Source: Welwitschia mirabilis (taxonomy: Eukaryota). Taken from it: a stretch of 46,494 bases of DNA. Below, one piece after another: positions 38,998-46,494 of this stretch. Position numbers and translations under genes: made by a program. The notes beneath the pieces are model-generated. The model saw only the letters and a list, made by a program, of their open reading frames with translations, did no database searches and was not told the origin of the DNA. Location: positions 2,133,373 through 2,179,866 of the forward strand of contig JBOZIK010000001.1 of assembly GCA_051453625.1 (NCBI GenBank). The letters are read 5' to 3'. Each line of letters begins with the position of its first letter. Within the stretch, counting starts at the first letter, position 1.

Positions 38998-39679
38998 AGA
39001 ATCTTTTCATGGTGAAATTTGGCTATACTTGTATATGTTGTTAATGTATGATAAATAGCAAGACTAACCTAGTGATATAAATCTTGCACAACCAAACCTA
39101 ACTTTTATCAATAATACTAGGACTTTCATTTGTATTATAATCCTAATGTCATTCTCTTATAAACTAAAATAAAAAAAGTTATCAATGAAAAAAGAACAGT
39201 AATAATGAGTAATAGAAAGTGAAATTATATAAGAGATCTAGAAATAAAACATAGCATTCAAACTAGTTTAATAGCTTTGTGGAGAAAGACAAACTCATAT
39301 AGCTTTTACTTCCAACTCAAGCATAATGATATAATTTCATCCATCATAGATATGAGTGCTCATGAAGTTCTAACTTAAGTACAATGTCATAATTTCATTC
39401 ATCATAAACATGAAGGTGATATATTATAGCAAGAATAAAATAAGCATGAAAAGTAGGGGTCTTTCAATACCCATCAAATAAACATTCAAGTTATGCAAGT
39501 TAGAATGAAAAATAGAATCACCAAATAGATCTTAAAGAAAACTCATGCCTTAAATAATCCTAAGCATAACAAGTATGAAACAATCACAACTTGATATCAA
39601 AGTAATGTACCAAGAACATGTAGCACTTTATTATCTAAAAAGTAAAAGCATACTATTTTACTTCTAAATTATATGTATT

Positions 39680-41714
39680 TGATAGGGTATTTTAAATAAT
39701 TTTATAGAACATTAGACAAGTTTATGCTAAGTTTTGATGATAATAGAGAGCTAAAGCAAATATCACAAAATCATGCAATCTTCATTACATTTGATAGCAT
39801 TTCAAGAAAATTAAAATACTTTCTATCTAAGGTAGTAATCCTATAATCAAATTTTAGAAAAATTACAATACTTCCTATCTAAAACAATAATTCTAAAATC
39901 AAAGAGGCTGATCTGATATAAGAAACATCTTTACAAAGTTCATCTTCTACTTTATCCTCTAGATGATAGTACAAATGATAGAAGAACTTATGTTGATTAA
40001 GATGCTTACTAGACTAATATGGAAGCTGATGTAGATCCTGTATGATATGACATCTTCTCTTATGATGTTTTGATGATTAGAAGGATGACACATAAATATA
40101 ATGCTTTATCAAACTTCACCTAACTTTCGCCATGTATCTTGCATCTTCTTGCATAACTATTAGGGGTTTACCACATTTGTTAGTATTTACTATTTTTAGA
40201 GTTTTTGTAATAAATACATCCTTTGCCATTGACTTTAACTTTATCTTCTTTGTCATCCAAAATTATTATAATAAGATATTAAAGAGTAGGAGATCCATCC
40301 TTATAGTTATAGAGAGATGTCTTCCTCATTGCTAGGATGTGTATCCTTCATTAAGGCATTGTTGCTTTGTAACATGGATGTTGGTTCAAATTAAAACTCT
40401 ATTTTTCTTTTTATATCTTTTGTTAGGTGCATATCCCTTGTATTTTATGTTGTTTATGACTTTTAAATATCTTTGTTTATGACATAAATCATGAGAAAAC
40501 CTTTTTTAAGATTGATATTAGTTGTTTACATGCATTGCATTTCATTTTCTAGATTAACTTTGCATTTTTTTAATATTTTGTTTAATGCATCTAATAGTTT
40601 AGGTTCATCTTAATTAGATAATATCTTTTCTTGATTGATCTAGGTTATATAAAGGTTGACTTAACACAAGAAGCATCTTTACAATGCACATCGGCTACCT
40701 TATCATCTAATAATAGTAAAGAAAACAAAAGAACTTATGCTAACTAGGATACTTACTAAACTAATCTAGTAGCTAATGTGGATCCTGTATGATGTGGCAT
40801 TATCCTCTATGATGTCCAAATGATTAGAAGAATGCTACCAAAATATAACGCTTTATCAAACTTCATCAAACTTTTGTCATGTGTCATGCACTTTCTTGCA
40901 TGGCCATTAGGGATTTACCATGTCTATTAGTATTTTTTGTTTTTAGAGTTTTTGTTTGTAATAGATACCTTCTTTACCCTCGACTCTGACTTTATCTGCT
41001 TTTACATTAAAAATTCTCATGACAAGAGATTGAAGGATAGGAAATCCATCATTTGTTATTATAAAGAGATGTCTTTCTTAGTATTGGACTGTGTATCCTT
41101 TATTAAGATGCTATTACTTTATAACATGGATGTTGATTTGAATTAATTAAAACTCTATTTTTCTTTTCATATCATTTATTATATGCATCTTCCTTATGAT
41201 TTATGTTACTTATGATTTCATGACAACTTCATCTATCATGTAAATCATGAGGGCAACCTTTATTAAGATTGATAGTAGTAGTTTAGATGTATTGCATTTT
41301 ATTTTCTAGATTAACTTTGCATTATTTTCATATTTTGTTTGATGCACCTAATAGCTTAGATTGGCCTTGGTTTTATGATAGCTTTCCTTGATTGATCTAT
41401 ATTATACAAGGACAATATCCATGATAGATTAATTTTATAATCGAATAAATGCTGCATTTATATTAGTTTTGCATCTCATTTGCATAAGTATGTTTCTTTT
41501 GCATTGTTTACTTGGCATTGTTATTTTGTTCTACTTAGGAAGTATATTAATGTTTTATTTGAAATCAATTCTCTTTCTTCTTGTCTATTCCTTTAATAAA
41601 ATTATGACATTTGAGTTCACTCTCAGCTATATTAGTGTATTATGCTTGTGTATATATTTGTGATTGACAGAATTTGACTAAGACCATAATGTTACATTAA
41701 TACACATGATAACA
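39680..41714 (+). repeat. 5' LTR of a second Athila element; start approximate
   Basis: Begins TGATAG, ends GATAACA, directly followed by an Asp-type PBS and gag. Confidence 0.6.
39905..41411 (+). repeat. Diverged tandem duplication, 2 x ~750 bp, inside the LTR
   Basis: CATCTTTACAA at 39926 and 40674 (period 748). The units are colinear to TTGATTGATCTA...AAGG at ~40655 and ~41411. Confidence 0.9.
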
Positions 41715-41717
41715 TCT

Positions 41718-41730
41718 TGGTGCCATTATC
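41718..41730 (+). promoter_or_regulatory. Decayed PBS, tRNA-Asp type (canonical Athila)
   Basis: TGGTGCCATTATC versus TGGCGCCGTTGCC, four transitions, 3 nt after the LTR CA end. Confidence 0.7.
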
Positions 41731-42146
41731 AAAAAAGGCTACTTGAAGTTTAAGGATTGTCATTGCTCAAAACGTAGTTTGGGTTTCAGTTCAGGTATTT
41801 GTCTATAGTAGTGTTGTATCTTTAAAGTAGAATCAAATTTTTTTCTTTCTGCATTTTCTAATTTGCATTTCAAAAGTAACATCTTATCATCTTCCTTATC
41901 ATCCAAACAACATGTGGTAATGATTCCCATAAAACTAGCATTTTTTATTTTTATAAATACTAGAGCTTTACCTATCATTTCCTCTATCGTTTAGATGACT
42001 TAGAGAATGACTATTACTATTTATTCTTTGTTATTTTGTGATTTTATTTTTCTATTTTTCTATTTTTGATTTTTTTATGTCTTTTGTTATTCAAGTACAT
42101 TGTCTAGATGACCATAGAGATGACATTTAAAGAAATTGAACTAAAC

Positions 42147-44430
42147 ATGCTAGGACATTATAGACTCTGGTAAAAAGATAAAGTATTAGAGAGAGCGACT
42201 ATTGATTAAAGAAAACATCTAAGAAGATTTGTTTGACTATGAACTAAACCCACATACACACACCCTAGGTATGTAAAACATTCCAAGAATTATGAAAAAG
42301 ATTTTTCTACATTAATTATTTCTGAATCTGATTTTTTCAAAGAAAATTTTTCAAAAGAAAGTTTAGAAGAAAATATTTTATTGCAATGTTGCATTCTATG
42401 AAAAACAAAAACAAGTAGCTTCACCTAATCCCCTATTATGATAGAAACCTCTACTACTCCTATAAATTCAAATGCTAATATCACTTTTAAAGAACTGATT
42501 ACAAATAAAAAGCATAAAATTCAAAATATTTTTGATCTACCTCCTTGTAATGATGGTGAATTCAGAAATCTAAATGCATATCCTATTTTTAATGGAGAAA
42601 ATTATGAATATACCCTTAAACATATAGAAGACATCAAACAATTAGTGATTACTTTAGGAAATGATAAAAAATAAAGTAGTGATCATACTTACATGGTTAT
42701 CTTATCCATCACATTAAAAGGAATAGCAAAATTAAGGTTAAGAACTATTCCATATAAAAGCTTAAAATCATGAAACTAAGTTCAAGAAGCCTTTATAAAA
42801 ATATTTATAAGCAAATCAATAATTAAGAAAAAGAAATAAAGAGGTAATAAGTTCCCAAAAATAACCTAATGAAGATTGTGCCACTATTTATGAATGATTC
42901 TTCATTGAAATTCATTCTAATCCCATTGATGCCTTTAATCAAAAATAATTAATAGAATATTTCTATAGTGGGCTTAATAGATTTTTCATGTGATGGAAAT
43001 TTAATGAATCTTACACTAGAAATTCATGGAGGTTATTAGAAGAACTAGTGGAAGTAAAACAAACATAGCCTAAACCAATGCCTAAATAAAATCATACTGT
43101 AGGCCAAATCATAAAAAATCTTAAAGAAGTGAAACAAGAAAAAGAGGAAGTAAAATAGAGAAAGAACCAATAAATGTAATTAAAGATCTCATAACAACAT
43201 TAGAAAAAATACACTCAAATGATTTTAGATGTAAAGGTAACAACTAAAAATAATGTGGTTTCAACTTGTGATTTGTGTAAAGATAACTATCATGTGATTA
43301 AATAATGTCCTTTACTACCAAATTACAAAGAGAAAATTTATGAAGAAGTATGTACATTCAATCAAAAGCCTTTGAACTTTAGAAATAAAAATCAAAATTA
43401 ATTTCAACCTAGGATGAATGAACAATCTAACTTTTAATATTTTAAGAATAAATTCAAGAAACTTCAAATAAATCATTCAAATTTTCAATCATTTAGAAAT
43501 AGATTTGAAAATACTAACTTTTAAATAAATAACTCTCACTTTGAAATAAGTGGCTCAAATTATCAAGCACACAGATCAAATTCTCAAAATTAAAATGATC
43601 TACTTAGAAGTTTCATTGATGAATTAAGAAAGTCTGAAGAGAAGACAAAATCAAATATTGAAAATCTAGTGAATGTTCTTTAACAAACTATGCTTGCAAA
43701 TTAAAGACAATAAGGATCACTTGCAACATAACTTTTACGAAACCCAAATAAAGTAAGAAAAGGTTGTAAGATTGTAACAAGAAGTGAAAATGATATAATA
43801 CCTCCTACACATGAGGCTTAAACTTCTAAAAATGATAAAAAAGATAAAAAAAGAGAAGAAATTGAAATATTGAAAAATCATAGCTTTTCTTCTTCTTTGA
43901 GTGATAAACTTAATAAGAAAAATGCTTCTTAAGATAAAAGAAAGAAACTTCTACTCCTTGATTTGATAAATTAAATACCAATCCTACCATTGATGATTAT
44001 CTTAAATCCTTAAATCAAGATGTGAACATAAATTTACCATTTTGGAAACTCTTGTGATAAAATCCTAAATATTCTAAGTTGTAGAAATATTTAATTAGAA
44101 GGAAAAATAAACATACCTAATAAATCGTTCCTAGCCTAATCTATAACCACCTTAGTTTTGTAAAAAAAAATTCAAAATTTAATGACCTAGAGGTAGTAAT
44201 GATTAGTGTCATATTAGAAGGAATTAAAAGAATATAAAAAGCCTTAATTTATATAGAAGTGAGTGTTAACATTATGCCTTTACACATTTTTTAATGACTT
44301 GGTTTAGAAAGTAGAATTAAGCCTACATGTATATCAGTGAAGAAACCTTTAGGAGTAATAAAAGATTTAGTGATTCAAATTAAGGAAGCACTCTATCTAA
44401 TAGATGTGGTTGTGATTAAAGTTGAGTATA
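42147..44430 (+). pseudogene. gag: Second Athila gag and protease, disrupted and truncated
   Basis: YPIFNGENYEYTLKHI (~42580); YPSTLKGIAKL...LKS*N*VQEAF (~42703-42795); CDLCKDNYH...CP (~43267); KALIYIEVSVNIMP (~44238). Confidence 0.85.
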
Positions 44431-44459
44431 ATAAAAACGCAATCAAAGAGAGCAGATCA

Positions 44460-45504
44460 ATCAGATTCCTTGGTTTCCTCCTCTGATTCTTCTTTAAAAT
44501 CTTTCTCTTCTTCTTTGGTTACCTTTTACACTAAGCTTTGAACTTTCTTGAAAGAATTTGCAATATCATACCTAGCTACACTCAGATATTTTTCATATGC
44601 ATGGTATGAAAGTCTATTCTCCTCAGATATGAAAGAGTATCCTCTAGTAACTCTTACTTAAGAGAAAGAGATTTGGAGGATTTCTTAGAACCTACAAAAA
44701 TATTCATGTGGTACAACATCACATGTCCAATGGCTGACATATGGTTAAGGGTTTCTAACTTCGAGTGAAGCTAGACTTTTTACTACAAATAGATGTTGGG
44801 TATCAACACTGAGTATGAGAGAGCTCTAGTCCTGTGATACTTCAATTGGGAGATCATATTATTTAGCATTATGATAGGAGCATTAATAGAGTACCTAATT
44901 CTTACCAAATACATCAAATATGCTTTGTAGTTAAAGGTCTCATTATGATAACCTACAAAAAGCAAGAAATTATAGGTAAACATTAAATACAAAAACCTGT
45001 ACTTTAGGGTAAGGAGAGAAGTAGAAAGGATGGTTTTCCACCTATAAAACTTATCATAAAACTCCCTTGTTACCTCATCTTTATCTTCCATGGAGTTACA
45101 AAGAGGCCAAAACTCATTATAATCTCCTCTTGGAAGATTAGTAATGGTAGTAATGAGGTTTTTAGTAAACCTCATCTTCTTTTCCAAAACTAGGATTTCT
45201 AGGGATTCATTATTGGCATCATAAGAAGCATTACTATAGAACATCCTAGTGAGAAAGGGTTAGGTAGTTCATAAAACATTTGGAAAGTAGAAGAGATCTA
45301 GATCTTGCAAGAATTGCATCACATCATGGAGTCCTCTGATCTCTATTATAGCAATATCCCTTTCTTAGCATACTAGCTCCTCTTAAACTTCTCAAAAAAC
45401 TTGTCTAAAGTTTCCTCAGAAATTCTATGGTAGAAATATTAAGGATCTTTTCTAGCTACCTCTTTTTGTTACCTTCTAGAGGGATTCTTATCCATTACAA
45501 CCAT
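44460..45504 (-). pseudogene. SIRE env-like accessory ORF, disrupted
   Basis: Includes the 153-aa ORF 44783-45244 (MFYSNA...FTYNFLLFVGYHNETF...ALSYSVLI), homologous to 12739-13810. Confidence 0.75.
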
Positions 45505-45839
45505 ATGATAATAGCTTAAAGACAAAAAAACCCACAAGAAAAAGCTAGATTTAAAGAAAAGAGATGGCTAGAAGATAATGGATAGGGTTTGAGATTCATT
45601 AGATTTTAAAGAAAAGAATGATAAAGTGAGATTTAATATAGAAATTGAGTTAATAACCTTTTCTACAACATTGTAACCCTATAGGTCTACTCGACTAGTT
45701 TAAGGTTCGGTTGACCTGTCAAGGCATAAGCTACAATACTTTAGATTAAGGTAATAGGGTTTTTAGACTATTTAACCAATCACATTTGATCAAATAAATT
45801 CTAGATCTAGTTAACTACCCTGCAATTAATCAGATAATA

Positions 45840-46494
45840 AAGAGATGATCCCCAGTTTATTATGAAGATGAAGAAAATTATCGAAGTTCAAGGGGTTAGT
45901 AAAGATATTAACAAGTTGATGGTCTGTACTAGCAAAGGTCATAGAAATATTTTCTTTTTCAACTTGGTCTCTAAGAAAATGGGGTCTTAATTTAATATTT
46001 TTAGTTTTGGAGTGTTGAACAAAGTTTTTAGAAATATTAATTGTACTAGTGTTATCACAAAAAATAGGAATCTATTCAAGAACTACACCAAAATCCTTTA
46101 GCATTTCCTTCATCCAAAGGATATGAGCATAACTCCTCCCTACTGCTGTATACTTAGCTTTAAGTGTTAAAAGGAAGAATGAGTTTTAATTTTTACTAGC
46201 CTATTCCACTAAGTACAATCCTAATAGAAAATAGTTATCACTTATTCTTTTTCTATCATCCTTACACCCAGTCCAATCTACATCACTAAATCTTACAAGA
46301 TCAAAAAATGTCTTTGTGAGATATCATAATCTAAATCACATGTATCTTTTATATATCTTATTATTATTTTAACTACTTAAAGGTGTGATTTTTTTGGTTG
46401 AGTTTGGTATCTTGCACATACAACAACATTAAACATAATATCAGGTTTGATTATAGTTAGATGTAATAAAATTACTATCATATTTCTATAAGGT
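45840..46494 (-). pseudogene. pol: Copia RT C-terminus and RNase H, disrupted
   Basis: Motifs PDIMF, FSDVD, L*AKYTAVG and FCDNTS on the minus strand. Confidence 0.9.

Larger units (their letters stand above)
44440..46494 (-). mobile_element. Second SIRE-like copia element (RT end, RNase H, env-like ORF); 3' LTR missing; continues beyond the window
   Basis: Minus-strand RNase H FCDNTSTINISKNFVQHSKTKNI...HFLRDQVEK...QLVNIFT, followed by a spacer with GTCGAC-like palindromes and an env-like ORF. Confidence 0.85.

Overview
Very AT-rich plant nuclear DNA with about ten N-gaps. It is made almost entirely of old, nested, decayed LTR retrotransposons. I see no intact host gene, RNA gene or CRISPR array. 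The backbone is a + strand Athila-like Ty3/gypsy element (LTR copies at 1077-2033, 3190-3596 and 23992-24950; tRNA-Asn PBS). Its protease is split by a complete but degenerate SIRE/Sirevirus Ty1/copia element (5783-15329) with an env-like ORF. Further right are LTR-like segments, a minus-strand Tat-clade element with an archaeal-type RNase H and tRNA-Lys PBS (~28260-38997), a second Athila element (LTR with a ~750 bp internal tandem duplication, tRNA-Asp PBS, gag-protease) and a truncated minus-strand SIRE element running off the right end. The main retroelement coding regions are broken by stops and frameshifts, mostly via C>T/G>A transitions. I found no convincing new biological system. The best leads are: a 254-bp, 44% GC, hairpin-rich foreign insert inside the SIRE RT; an LTR flanked by a perfect 53-bp duplication; a five-copy hairpin array; an atypical Athila RT/PBS combination; and a recurring accessory-protein domain. 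All calls are by eye; no database searches were run.
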